IMG/VR virus record: IMGVR_UViG_2799112330_000002
Location: 346,107-410,106 of that record
From: a virus
Lineage: Duplodnaviria; Heunggongvirae; Uroviricota; Caudoviricetes
Reading direction: 5' to 3' (one strand)
Length of the DNA: 64,000 bases
The notes under the pieces are model-generated. The model worked only from the letters and a program-made list of their open reading frames with translations, was not told the origin of the DNA and did no database searches. Of this stretch, positions 9,669 to 19,212 are shown in pieces; the first letter of the stretch is position 1; each line of letters starts with the position of its first letter. Made by a program: the position numbers and the translations under genes.

Positions 9669-9896
9669 TTGATGTACAATATGACGATGAATACGAAGAA
9701 TATGAATATTAAAGAACAATTAAACAAGCTTATACTTGATACAGCTGAAGCTAATGCAAAAGAAGCTATAAGTCAATTGAAGGAATCAAAGTTTGGAGAT
9801 CTTGAGAAATCACTTATGATTGTCTTAAAGAATCTTTACATCAAAGGTATAAATGACGGTGCTCAATTAACACTTCAGAGTAAACCTGAAAAGTAG
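9669..9896 (+). CDS. hypothetical protein
   Basis: ORF of 75 aa. Confidence 0.3.
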   Translation: MMYNMTMNTKNMNIKEQLNKLILDTAEANAKEAISQLKESKFGDLEKSLMIVLKNLYIKGINDGAQLTLQSKPEK

Positions 9897-10015
9897 AAGT
9901 CAAGTATACAGGAATAATTCACACAGATGGCCGCAGAATGACCCAGACTCATCTCAATATAAAGAGTAATAAAATTATATATCCTTAGAAAAACAGTTTA
10001 GTAGAGTTCATCAGA

Positions 10016-10363
10016 ATGTCTCAGAATGCAATTAATACTTTTAACATTTCTATCTATCAAGAGTTATTGAAAAGATATGATTATGGATTAAGACAAATGA
10101 AGAAGTATAATATGATCTATGATAAGATGAGAGGATATTATACTGCTAAAGACATAAAGTATATTATGGGAGTATATAAAGATGATCTCATAGACATAAT
10201 AAACAGTAATTTGTTCAGTCTTTTTGTTCCTGACAAAGTAAAGAAAGATATATTGAAATTTATTCCAATTATTGAATCAACATATTTACAGAAGCATTAT
10301 GATTCAGTAATTGACAAGTTTGAAAAGATTAAATCAATGTTTTTCATAACAATAAACCCTTGA
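10016..10363 (+). CDS. hypothetical protein
   Basis: ORF of 115 aa followed by a strong hairpin. Confidence 0.45.
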   Translation: MSQNAINTFNISIYQELLKRYDYGLRQMKKYNMIYDKMRGYYTAKDIKYIMGVYKDDLIDIINSNLFSLFVPDKVKKDILKFIPIIESTYLQKHYDSVIDKFEKIKSMFFITINP

Positions 10364-10388
10364 TAGTACGCTATCAAGGGTTTTTATT
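10354..10388. terminator. bidirectional intrinsic terminator (13-bp stem aaacccttgatag / ctatcaagggttt, loop tacg)
   Basis: Perfect inverted repeat flanked by A-run upstream and T-run downstream; lies between convergent genes. Confidence 0.7.
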
Positions 10389-10421
10389 AGTGTTTTCATA
10401 GTTTTCAAAAATACTTAGTTT

Positions 10422-10754
10422 CTATATAATAAATAGAAGCAATAATGCAAATACTACTGCAGCAACGCCACCATATAGAACATTCTTCCAATTGAAATTG
10501 AAGTCTATCATCAAGCATTTGAAGCCTTCAGCTGCTGCTGACATACAGATTCCTGCACATGCACCTAATCCAAATAGATTCCAGAATCCGACACCACTAT
10601 TGCCGTCCCATACTTCTTGCATGATACCGAAGAAAGCGGTCAATACTGCAATAAGAATGTTAAACCAATATGACTTAAATAATTCTATCATAATATTTAG
10701 TTTTATATATTTATTTTTTAATAATAAAACTTTCATATTGAATTCTACAAACAT
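10422..10754 (-). CDS. small integral membrane protein (real start possibly at an internal Met, MIELFKSYW...)
   Basis: Two or three hydrophobic helices; the only minus-strand gene in this block, ending at the bidirectional terminator. Confidence 0.4.
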   Translation of the reverse strand: MFVEFNMKVLLLKNKYIKLNIMIELFKSYWFNILIAVLTAFFGIMQEVWDGNSGVGFWNLFGLGACAGICMSAAAEGFKCLMIDFNFNWKNVLYGGVAAVVFALLLLFII

Positions 10755-10844
10755 ATTTACTATTTTTTATCATTATAATATATAAATAACAATATGAAGA
10801 AAACAATAATTAGAAATTAATAATTTATTAAAATTAAAAGAAAG

Positions 10845-11318
10845 ATGATTGGAACATTAACATTTAAGAAGTTTACTGGAGAGAAGCTAGAGAACGTAGA
10901 GGAATATGTAAAGAACTATTGTGAGGAGCATAAGAATGACAATATTGAGATTCTTGTTGGAACAGACTCACAGAACAAGAGAAGCTATACTACATATTCA
11001 ACAGTAATAGCAATGTATACACCAGGACATGGCGCTCATTGCATATTCAAGAGATGGAGAACTCCAAAAGAGAGAATCCGTAATACAAGACTTTTGAAAG
11101 AGGTAGAAGAAAGCTTAAACATTGCCGAAAGTCTTGTTAAATACGGATGTCCAAAGCCAAAGTATATTGATATAGACATAAACCCAAATCCAAAATATAA
11201 GTCAAATGAAGTATATCAGGCAGCAAGAGGCTGGATTGAGGGAATGGGCTATGAAGTGAGATACAAAACATTAGCACCATTGGTTACTACAGTAGCTGAC
11301 TGGCTAGTAAAATCATAA
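10845..11318 (+). CDS. hypothetical protein, possibly YkuK/DUF458-like RNase H-fold
   Basis: Motifs VGTDSQ...GHGAH...DINPNPKYKS, recalled from memory as resembling the YkuK family; unverified. Confidence 0.45.
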   Translation: MIGTLTFKKFTGEKLENVEEYVKNYCEEHKNDNIEILVGTDSQNKRSYTTYSTVIAMYTPGHGAHCIFKRWRTPKERIRNTRLLKEVEESLNIAESLVKYGCPKPKYIDIDINPNPKYKSNEVYQAARGWIEGMGYEVRYKTLAPLVTTVADWLVKS

Positions 11319-11350
11319 GGGAAATCTTAAAGACTTCCCTTTTTTGTTTT
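11317..11350 (+). terminator. intrinsic terminator (aagggaa...ttccctt plus T-run)
   Basis: 7-bp stem followed by ttttttgtttt directly after the stop codon. Confidence 0.55.
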
Positions 11351-11430
11351 AATATTTGATTGAATTTCAGAATTATTTTACTATATTAAATATATATAAT
11401 TTTTAATACATAACTTAAATAATATATAAT

Positions 11431-12405
11431 ATGATTAAAGAATTTAAAACTCGTACTGGGGCAATTTATTGTGATACTGATAAGACTATGGAGTATCTTT
11501 ATGTTGGAGATTATGGTCAGGAAAATAATATTAAGGCTGATTTTCTTGGATTCAAGAAGGAAATCAACTCTGTTCCCCATCATAAAGTAGACCTAAAAGA
11601 TAAGATGGTTGTCACAATCTCAACACAGAAAGGCTGTCCAATGAAATGTATGTTCTGTGACTGTCCCAAAGTAAAATTTGGAGGTAATATCTCTAGAGTA
11701 GAACTTGCAGAAGAGGTTACTCAGGCTATTGCTTTTAGTGGTTGTAAGTACACAAGAAGATTTAATCTTCATTTAGCAAGAATGGGAGAGCCTTCTTTTA
11801 ATGCTAGAAATGTTCTTGATTTCTTAAAGTATGACCTTCGTGGTTTAGTAAATAATATGATGAAGGCAGACACTATTCATCCAGTATTTACGACAATGTG
11901 TCCAAAAGGAATCGGAAAAGAAAAGTTGGCAAGTATTCTTCAAGAATTCTGTTCTATTAAGAATGATGATTATAATGGAGAAGCTGGACTGCAGTTATCT
12001 ATTAATTCAACCGATGAAGCTCAAAGAAATCAGTTATTCAGGGGTTGTTCATTAACACTTCAAGAAATTTCCGATATTGCTAAAGAGCTTCCAATGCCAA
12101 AAGGTAGAAAATATACATTAAACTTCCCAGTTACAGATACAATAATATTAGATCCTAAGGAGTTAAGCAGATTGTTTGATAAAGACAAGTTCATTGTAAA
12201 GATTACTCCAATTCATGAGACTAATGAAGCTAATGAAAATGGAATCGGAACTCCAGAAGGATATTATAAGTATGATGTATATAGACAATTTGAGCAGCCA
12301 CTTTTGGCAGAAGGTTGGCAAGTAATTGTATTCATACCATCTAAGGAAGAAGATGAAGATCGCATTACTTGTGGAAATGCATTATTATCAATGGAAGAAA
12401 AATGA
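11431..12405 (+). CDS. radical SAM enzyme, RlmN/Cfr-like RNA adenine methyltransferase family
   Basis: STQKGCPMKCMFCDC (CxxxCxxC cluster; compare RlmN SSQVGCAMGCSFCAT). MGEPSFN matches the MGMGEPL SAM motif. C-terminal ITCGNAL matches the RlmN/Cfr catalytic AaCGQL cysteine. Confidence 0.6.
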   Translation: MIKEFKTRTGAIYCDTDKTMEYLYVGDYGQENNIKADFLGFKKEINSVPHHKVDLKDKMVVTISTQKGCPMKCMFCDCPKVKFGGNISRVELAEEVTQAIAFSGCKYTRRFNLHLARMGEPSFNARNVLDFLKYDLRGLVNNMMKADTIHPVFTTMCPKGIGKEKLASILQEFCSIKNDDYNGEAGLQLSINSTDEAQRNQLFRGCSLTLQEISDIAKELPMPKGRKYTLNFPVTDTIILDPKELSRLFDKDKFIVKITPIHETNEANENGIGTPEGYYKYDVYRQFEQPLLAEGWQVIVFIPSKEEDEDRITCGNALLSMEEK

Positions 12406-13085
12406 AATTCATATTTGTAAATAGCTCTCCAAAGAATGAAGATTCCTGTGTTGAACGAGCATTTGATGAAATAAAGAATGTTCTTAAGTCAAATGGGCAT
12501 ACAGTGACAAGTTTCTATATTCATGTATTTGAAGATTGTAGAAACTGTAGAAACTGTAAGAATGGATTGCCATGCCCACTGAAAGACGCAAATATAATTG
12601 ACAATTTTATGGAAGAATCTGAAACTGCTGATGGGATAATATTTGGGTCACCTGTCTATTATGGAGGAATAACAAGTCAGATGAAAGCATTTCTGACCAG
12701 ACTGTTCTTTTCAAATCCAAAAGCATTAATGCTCAAGCCAATAGCAACTGTTGTTTCATCAAGACGTGCAGGTAGTACAACAGCTTTATCAGAATTCAAT
12801 CTTCCATTCTTAATGCATTCATGTATTCTTGTTGGATCTCAATATTGGAATGAAGTTCATGGTGACACCCAAGAAGATGTTGAATTGGATTATGAGGGTC
12901 TTCAATGTATGCGAACATTAGCACAAAATATGATGTTTGTTGCAGATGCATTAAAAAACAAAGAACACCCACAACATGAAGTCAAAAAGCATTTGAATTA
13001 TATATCACGTGAATATAAAGCATATATTAATAATGATAAAGAAATGAAAGAGCTTTATGATATGATTTCATCTTCATATGAATAA
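12402..13085 (+). CDS. flavodoxin-like NAD(P)H-dependent FMN reductase / iron-sulfur flavoprotein
   Basis: MKFIFVNSSPK...IFGSPVYYGGITSQMKAFLTRL is typical of the FMN_red/Isf family. Cys cluster CRNCRNCKNGLPC. ATG at 12402 overlaps the upstream stop (ATGA), implying translational coupling. Confidence 0.6.
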   Translation: MKFIFVNSSPKNEDSCVERAFDEIKNVLKSNGHTVTSFYIHVFEDCRNCRNCKNGLPCPLKDANIIDNFMEESETADGIIFGSPVYYGGITSQMKAFLTRLFFSNPKALMLKPIATVVSSRRAGSTTALSEFNLPFLMHSCILVGSQYWNEVHGDTQEDVELDYEGLQCMRTLAQNMMFVADALKNKEHPQHEVKKHLNYISREYKAYINNDKEMKELYDMISSSYE

Positions 13086-13103
13086 AAATATTTACTTTAT
13101 ATA

Positions 13104-13976
13104 ATGTTCGGTAAATTAAGATATAATGTAAACCCTTGTGATCATGGATTTAGTGAGTTTATTGTGCATTTGACAAAATCATGTGAAAACAAATGCCCAT
13201 TTTGTATTGCTGCTAAATATGATGACAAAGGATATATAAAGCCAAATATAAAAGCTATATGTGAAACGCTTAAAAAATATGAAGGAAAATCTCCGTATGT
13301 AACAATTGGTGGTGGTGAACCTTTGCTATTTCTTGATGAAGTCATTGAACTTATTGATTGGATAAGAGCAAACATGCAACTTGAAATATATATTGTAACT
13401 TCAATTCCATACACCTGTTACAAGAATCCTGATAAGTTCATGTATATTGTAAATCATGTTGACAACTTTCAGATAACTACTCAGCATTATGATGAAAAAA
13501 TAGCAGATGAAATAAGAGGTAGCAAATCTAAGTTTAGTCATAATGAATTTCTAAGATCAATTCCAAACAAAGACAAGATCATATTGAATGTGAATGCATG
13601 TGCCCCATATATAAAGACTAAACAAGACATCATAGATAATATCAAGTTCTTTTATTATATGGGATATAAGAACTATAGATTGGTTGAAATCAAAGATCAC
13701 CCAGATATGTTTGTTGATATCCCAAAGACTCTTGGTGTAAAGATTAAGCCATTATTTGGGTGGGGCTGCAAGCAAGAAGTTGATTTTTCACAATTCATTC
13801 CAGGATTTGATGGCAAAGTCATAATGAATATGTCATGTTTCCTGAGGGATAAGCATCGTAAAGCAAATATATGGGATATGATTAAGTCTATGACACGTCC
13901 ATTATTTAGTAAGAAACATTTCTTTGGTGTCATATATGAAGATGGTTCAATATATCCATATTGGTTATCTAAATAG
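13104..13976 (+). CDS. radical SAM enzyme (second), function unknown
   Basis: CENKCPFC (CxxxCxxC) near the N-terminus; TIGGGEPLLF glycine-rich SAM motif. Confidence 0.6.
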   Translation: MFGKLRYNVNPCDHGFSEFIVHLTKSCENKCPFCIAAKYDDKGYIKPNIKAICETLKKYEGKSPYVTIGGGEPLLFLDEVIELIDWIRANMQLEIYIVTSIPYTCYKNPDKFMYIVNHVDNFQITTQHYDEKIADEIRGSKSKFSHNEFLRSIPNKDKIILNVNACAPYIKTKQDIIDNIKFFYYMGYKNYRLVEIKDHPDMFVDIPKTLGVKIKPLFGWGCKQEVDFSQFIPGFDGKVIMNMSCFLRDKHRKANIWDMIKSMTRPLFSKKHFFGVIYEDGSIYPYWLSK

Positions 13977-14026
13977 TTTTTTATTTTTATATATAAGAAA
14001 TAGAAAAAAATATATTTGAACATATA

Positions 14027-14380
14027 ATGAAAGACTTAATTACAAAATTATCTGAGCATTTTTCTTCTAAATATGCATATGTAACTAATGATAATGAAAT
14101 ATATGAAATAAATGAGGAAGAACTTGAGGATCTTCGTGATAAAAGAATTGCTGAACTTGAAGCAACAATCAAATCAATGCAAGATGAATTGAAATTATTA
14201 AAGGATGATAATAAATCATTAAAAGAAGTTACCACTAAGCAGAAAAAAAGTGAAGCTGCAAAGAAAGCAGCAAAAGCAAGATCAGAACGAAGAGCTGCGG
14301 CAGATAATGCTAGATGGACTCCACCAGTATGGGGATATGGAGGATGTGGCTATTCTAGAAATAATTATGGAGGATGCTAA
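14027..14380 (+). CDS. coiled-coil protein with Lys/Ala-rich C-terminus
   Basis: ORF of 117 aa with heptad-like EELEDLRDKRIAELEATIKSMQDELKLLK. Confidence 0.4.
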   Translation: MKDLITKLSEHFSSKYAYVTNDNEIYEINEEELEDLRDKRIAELEATIKSMQDELKLLKDDNKSLKEVTTKQKKSEAAKKAAKARSERRAAADNARWTPPVWGYGGCGYSRNNYGGC

Positions 14381-14406
14381 CTCAAAATTCACATATAAAA
14401 TATATA

Positions 14407-14438
14407 AATCTGGAAATGCAAGTTTCCAGATTTTTTTG
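14407..14438 (+). terminator. intrinsic terminator (aatctggaaa / tttccagatt plus T7)
   Basis: 10-bp stem followed by ttttttt. Confidence 0.65.
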
Positions 14439-14467
14439 TCTTTATATTCAATTAAATTAAACAATAA

Positions 14468-14510
14468 TTGAATTTTTCAAAAATGTAACTATATTATTAA
14501 TGTAATAATA
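14468..14510 (+). promoter_or_regulatory. conserved promoter motif
   Basis: TTGAAT-N16-ACTATATTATTAATGTAATAATA. Confidence 0.5.
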
Positions 14511-14540
14511 TTGATTGTTTAACTTAATTATATTAAAGAT

Positions 14541-14864
14541 ATGAACAAGAATTTTGCAGAAGTAGATTTTAACAATGTTATTGGTACTTCATTCCATTAT
14601 GGCGTCATCTATAATACTGCCGAAGAGATCTCAAATGTCTTGGGAACATATTTTACTGGAGATAAAGACAAGGTATGGAGAGAGTGGATGAGGGTTACTG
14701 ATGATGGTACAGTCTTCACAGTATATGACTGGAAAGATGGTTATGTCTCAGAAACTAAGCCTCTCTACTATCATATCGGAACACATACAGCAGAAGAGAC
14801 TAAAAAGATTGTAGAAATTCTTAAGGAGGCAGGTCTTAATGCTTCTATTGACAAACTTTTCTAA
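14541..14864 (+). CDS. hypothetical protein
   Basis: ORF of 107 aa. Confidence 0.45.
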   Translation: MNKNFAEVDFNNVIGTSFHYGVIYNTAEEISNVLGTYFTGDKDKVWREWMRVTDDGTVFTVYDWKDGYVSETKPLYYHIGTHTAEETKKIVEILKEAGLNASIDKLF

Positions 14865-14879
14865 TTTATATATATTAAT

Positions 14880-16769
14880 ATGACTCAAAAGGAAAAACTG
14901 GAGCTTTACAATAAAGCAAAAGAGGCTTATTACAATGGTCAGGAGATTATGACTGACTATGAGTTTGACCAATTGGAGAAGGAGCTTGGTCTTGAGAACA
15001 AATCAAATGTCGGTTCTAAGCATAATCCTTCTTATACCGTCAAGCATCCATTCATTATGGGTTCTCTTTCAAAAGTACAGATCCATAAAGACAAGGATGG
15101 CAACATTGACTGGAAAAAATACAATGAGCAGGTTGCTAACTATATTGATATGGAGAATTCTTTTCATGTTATCATTACTCCTAAATTTGATGGTTGCTCA
15201 TTTGAATGTGAAATCAACAATGACAAGATCCAGTCAATTTCTTCAAGAGGAGATGGCAAATGGGGTAAAGACTTAATGAATCATCTAATCAATTTCATTC
15301 CAAGTGAATATGTACATTTAGAGGGCCATTATGTACTTCGTGGAGAGGTATTGGTGAAGAAGTCAATATTTGAACAGAAATATGCAGAGAAGTTTACTAA
15401 TCCCCGTTCGTTTGTTTCTGGTGTTTTGAACCGAGATTATAGTGGATTAGATAAAGAATTTCTTGAAATGCTTAATGATCTTTCAATTGTTATTTATGAC
15501 TATAGATCTGAGCGTTATGGGACTTGGATTGATCATGAGTTTACTGAGCTTCCTTATAATAATGTTCTTCCTTCTTATTATAATAGAGATGCTTCAATTT
15601 ATGAATCTGATGCTCTTGAGAAAGTATATAATGCATATGCTGATTATCGAAAGACCTGTGAATATGCTTTGGATGGAATTGTAATCAAACCTATTGTTAA
15701 GAATCGTAGAAATAATCTTACTGAACATCGTCCTAAGGATTGTGTAGCAATTAAATTCATTCCCATGCTTCAGGAAACAGAAGTCGTGAATATCACCTGG
15801 AACCTCGGTAAGACTCATGAATTCATTCCTATTATTTGGGTAAAACCTGTAGAGATGGATGGCCGAATGGTACAGAAGTGTTCAGGTCATAATCTTGGTT
15901 ATCTTCGTCAAAAAGGAATTACTGTTGGTGCAAAGATTATTATGAGTTTGGCTGGTGACATTATTCCATTTATGTACAAGGTGACTCAAGAAAATCCTGA
16001 TGGAGAAATCCCAATGCCAACTACTTATGGTTATTATGAGGATGACATCCACCTGATGGCACTTATGGAGATGAAAGACAGAATCAGAATGCAATTCTTG
16101 TCTTCAGTAACATCACTTAATATCCCAACAATTGGTAATCAAACTGCAAAAGAAATATGGGAATATTTAGACAATACTGATGAACAAACTATGGAGTTTT
16201 TTGAAGTGGAGAAAAAAGAAATGCCATTCAATATTCTGCTTTGCTCACCTGAGGAAGTTTATTTTGGCGCTGGTTGTGGAAAACTTGGAGAAAATGCCAA
16301 GAAAGCATTTAAGAACATTCTTGATAATCTCACTCTTAATGACATTGTCAAATCATGTAATTTTCCATTCTGTGGTCCAAAAGTTGCAGAACAGGTTGTA
16401 AATCATCTTCTTGGTGAAATTCCTAATTGGGCTCATCTTGCAACAGAAGGATATCTTTGGGTATATGATACTAATTCATGGCAATATCAAAATGTTATGA
16501 AGATTCTGAATCATCTTGGAAAGAATTTTGATGACTTCAAGTTCCAACATCAAGAAGCTGTCAAAGAATCATCCAATCAGATTCCAGTCATTCTTACTGG
16601 TGAACCTGTCAACTATAAGTCAAAGGGAGAGTTCTTGAAGCTTAACCCACAATATAGAAATACAGGATCATGGAAAGAGGTACAGATTGTATTTACCAAT
16701 TCTATGGATAGTAATACAGGCAAGATGAAGAAAGCAAGAGAGAAGAACATTGAAATTAGATTATATTAA
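14880..16769 (+). CDS. ligA: NAD+-dependent DNA ligase (LigA-type)
   Basis: N-terminal Ia-like AYYNGQEIMTDYEFDQLEKEL. Adenylation motif ITPKFDGCS (KxDG). 629 aa, LigA size. Confidence 0.65.
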   Translation: MTQKEKLELYNKAKEAYYNGQEIMTDYEFDQLEKELGLENKSNVGSKHNPSYTVKHPFIMGSLSKVQIHKDKDGNIDWKKYNEQVANYIDMENSFHVIITPKFDGCSFECEINNDKIQSISSRGDGKWGKDLMNHLINFIPSEYVHLEGHYVLRGEVLVKKSIFEQKYAEKFTNPRSFVSGVLNRDYSGLDKEFLEMLNDLSIVIYDYRSERYGTWIDHEFTELPYNNVLPSYYNRDASIYESDALEKVYNAYADYRKTCEYALDGIVIKPIVKNRRNNLTEHRPKDCVAIKFIPMLQETEVVNITWNLGKTHEFIPIIWVKPVEMDGRMVQKCSGHNLGYLRQKGITVGAKIIMSLAGDIIPFMYKVTQENPDGEIPMPTTYGYYEDDIHLMALMEMKDRIRMQFLSSVTSLNIPTIGNQTAKEIWEYLDNTDEQTMEFFEVEKKEMPFNILLCSPEEVYFGAGCGKLGENAKKAFKNILDNLTLNDIVKSCNFPFCGPKVAEQVVNHLLGEIPNWAHLATEGYLWVYDTNSWQYQNVMKILNHLGKNFDDFKFQHQEAVKESSNQIPVILTGEPVNYKSKGEFLKLNPQYRNTGSWKEVQIVFTNSMDSNTGKMKKAREKNIEIRLY

Positions 16770-16781
16770 TATTAAAAAATT

Positions 16782-17141
16782 ATGATTATGACAATTCCTT
16801 TACATTTTATTATTTGTGGTGCCTTTGTTATCTTGGTAATTGGCCTTTTACTTGGTAATAAGATTGGACAGATGGGTATGACTAAATTCAATATCAATGC
16901 TGATTTAATTGTAAAACCTGATGGTTTTCTAGGACCCGAATTTAAGGTAGTAAAAGTTGAAGAAGCATGTGAGAAACATAAAATAGATAGGTTGAAGACT
17001 AATGAACATGGATATACTACAAAGATTGCAAAATATACAATCCAGAATTCTTTCTATTCATGGAAAAAAGACATATATATTTTCTATGATAAACTCGGAC
17101 AATATAATGTCGGTGATATACTTTATTTAACAAAATATTAA
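16782..17141 (+). CDS. membrane-anchored hypothetical protein
   Basis: N-terminal TM helix. Confidence 0.4.
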   Translation: MIMTIPLHFIICGAFVILVIGLLLGNKIGQMGMTKFNINADLIVKPDGFLGPEFKVVKVEEACEKHKIDRLKTNEHGYTTKIAKYTIQNSFYSWKKDIYIFYDKLGQYNVGDILYLTKY

Positions 17142-17145
17142 ACAT

Positions 17146-17544
17146 ATGAAATACAAAGATGATTTGAAAATTGAATTCAGGGCCGTTCCTTATGCATCTG
17201 AGCATGTATTAGAATATAGGATTAGTCCAGACCAAGACTTGACATATTATAATGAATATTCTTTTCTTAAGTTCTTCACATTTAGAATAAAGAAGAAATA
17301 TGATACTAATTGGAATAAAGCATGGCGATTTTTAAATTATGCAACAGCTTATCGCTATCCTGAATCTGAAGTTGATCCTCATCCAATATTCATATATAAA
17401 CAATTAGATCTTGAATCATTCAAAATTAATTTTCCAACAATTGGACAATTTTTTAAGTATCTTGATGATATTAGCGATAAAGAAAGAGAAGAATATAAAA
17501 AAGCAAGAGAAAAGTATTTAAAGGATCATACTGTCTGGTATTAA
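17146..17544 (+). CDS. hypothetical protein
   Basis: ORF of 132 aa. Confidence 0.4.
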   Translation: MKYKDDLKIEFRAVPYASEHVLEYRISPDQDLTYYNEYSFLKFFTFRIKKKYDTNWNKAWRFLNYATAYRYPESEVDPHPIFIYKQLDLESFKINFPTIGQFFKYLDDISDKEREEYKKAREKYLKDHTVWY

Positions 17545-17547
17545 TAA

Positions 17548-17590
17548 TTGAATTTTTTGCAAACATAACTATATTAATATTGTAATTAAA
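17548..17590 (+). promoter_or_regulatory. conserved promoter motif
   Basis: TTGAAT-N16-ACTATATTAATATTGTAATTAAA. Confidence 0.5.
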
Positions 17591-17598
17591 ATAAAATT

Positions 17599-18030
17599 AT
17601 GAGCAAGTTTGAAAAAATTTTATGCAGTATTGGTCTATTAGTTATCTTAGGTTTTGGAAGTTATGCTATTATGACGCCATCTGATAAGCTTATCAGAGAA
17701 GACGGAAACTATTTGTATTATATGCAGTACACTACATGGGGATTTGATTCTGCTATTCATAAGTTTCATAAGCCAATTTATTATGATGGATATGTCGCAG
17801 ACATAGATATTAATGAACATATAATTGGCATTCCTGGAAAAGGTGGTCACTGGGAAACAGATATTAAAGTTATTATTTCATATGACAACAGAACATATAC
17901 ATATGAAGATGATAAATTTGGTTATGGTAGAACTTCAACTTATCATAATGGTGATATAATTAATAAAGGAGATAAAGTGAAGGTTATTGAAACATTTTAT
18001 CCAAGATATGAAGTTACATTTTTCAAATAA
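17599..18030 (+). CDS. membrane-anchored protein, paralog of 2807..3217
   Basis: See 2807..3217. Confidence 0.5.
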   Translation: MSKFEKILCSIGLLVILGFGSYAIMTPSDKLIREDGNYLYYMQYTTWGFDSAIHKFHKPIYYDGYVADIDINEHIIGIPGKGGHWETDIKVIISYDNRTYTYEDDKFGYGRTSTYHNGDIINKGDKVKVIETFYPRYEVTFFK

Positions 18031-18032
18031 TA

Positions 18033-18075
18033 TTGAATTTTTCTTATAAATAACTATATTATAATTGTAATTATT
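18033..18075 (+). promoter_or_regulatory. conserved promoter motif
   Basis: TTGAAT-N16-ACTATATTATAATTGTAATTATTG. Confidence 0.5.
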
Positions 18076-18278
18076 GCAAATTAAATTTATAAATTTATAA
18101 TAAAATATTTATATATGAGACATTGGAAAGTACAGATTAAAGAACGTGGAAATAATCATATTTTGACTCCTGAATTGGTTGGCAATTATGATGAAAAGGA
18201 CTGCATTAAGTTTTTTGGGCTTGATGAGCCTGATGTAGAGTGGTATAAGTTAGAGGAAGTCACAAAATAATTTCTATT

Positions 18279-19043
18279 ATGGCAGCAATTGACAAGATTT
18301 ATGTAAAAACCAGAGACCAGTATCTTCAGTTTAAAGAATGGTGTGAGAAACAGCCAACATTTACTGATAAGTATGGAAAGACTACAAGGCTTATTGATTA
18401 TGTCTATAAGCATAATGAAGATTGGGATGGTGGTGTTGCCTTTATGGGCCCTTATTATCTTGATGCTTATCTAATCAAGAATTGTCCATTTGATTTTATT
18501 CAGAAAGAGCTAATGGTCAATTATGGGCATTGGTCTCAGGAAAAAATTGATGATGCTTATAATTGTGTAATGCATCGTACGGAAGAAAATAAAGATTTCT
18601 ATAGTTGGCTTACTCCTGATGATTTTGTCATTGTTGATGGTGTTATTACTATGCCTAATCTTGAAGTTTCCGACTATCAATTAATCAAAGAAGGCAAGCT
18701 ATATAATAAGCCAACAACTAATAAAGAATATGTTGTTGGTAAGCATTTCAAATGTATTAGGCATCCATATATCAAATATAATACTCCGTTTGGTATTAAG
18801 AACTGGTGGATTGATATTGATCCTCCTAAAGATTTGGGTTATATGTGGTATCATTCTGAGTATAATTCATGGGATTTCTGTGATGAGTTTGTTATTGCTG
18901 ATTGGTCTAGTTCAACTGCGCATTGTCATACCGTTAAAGCATTGAAAAGATTGATGCTTAAATGGAAACTTCCTGTTGGAACTATTGTAAGAGCAACTGG
19001 AAGATATATTCCAGAAACTTATGAGTTTAGAATTACAAAATAA
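18279..19043 (+). CDS. hypothetical protein (254 aa)
   Basis: Long ORF. Confidence 0.5.
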   Translation: MAAIDKIYVKTRDQYLQFKEWCEKQPTFTDKYGKTTRLIDYVYKHNEDWDGGVAFMGPYYLDAYLIKNCPFDFIQKELMVNYGHWSQEKIDDAYNCVMHRTEENKDFYSWLTPDDFVIVDGVITMPNLEVSDYQLIKEGKLYNKPTTNKEYVVGKHFKCIRHPYIKYNTPFGIKNWWIDIDPPKDLGYMWYHSEYNSWDFCDEFVIADWSSSTAHCHTVKALKRLMLKWKLPVGTIVRATGRYIPETYEFRITK

Positions 19044-19212
19044 TTATTTATAAGTGATTTATACTGATATGAAAAGTTATATCAATATGAAAGAAATTAT
19101 AAGAAATTTAGGTGAGCATATTAATAATTATCCTCATACTAAAGCGCAAGAAAACATTTATTATCTCCTTTGTAAAATTGTTTATGGAAAATAAAAATTA
19201 AACTATAAGATT

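Noticed and set aside
10492-10785. + strand 97-aa ORF antisense to the membrane-protein gene
   Set aside because: It overlaps the more plausible minus-strand membrane ORF, has a Pro/Ser-rich odd composition, and no promoter motif precedes it. It is most likely a shadow ORF.
12369-12401. Track start of the flavoprotein ORF at 12369 (MWKCIIINGRK...)
   Set aside because: It would overlap the upstream radical SAM gene by 37 nt. The ATG at 12402 gives the canonical MKFIFVNSSPK flavodoxin-like N-terminus with ATGA coupling.
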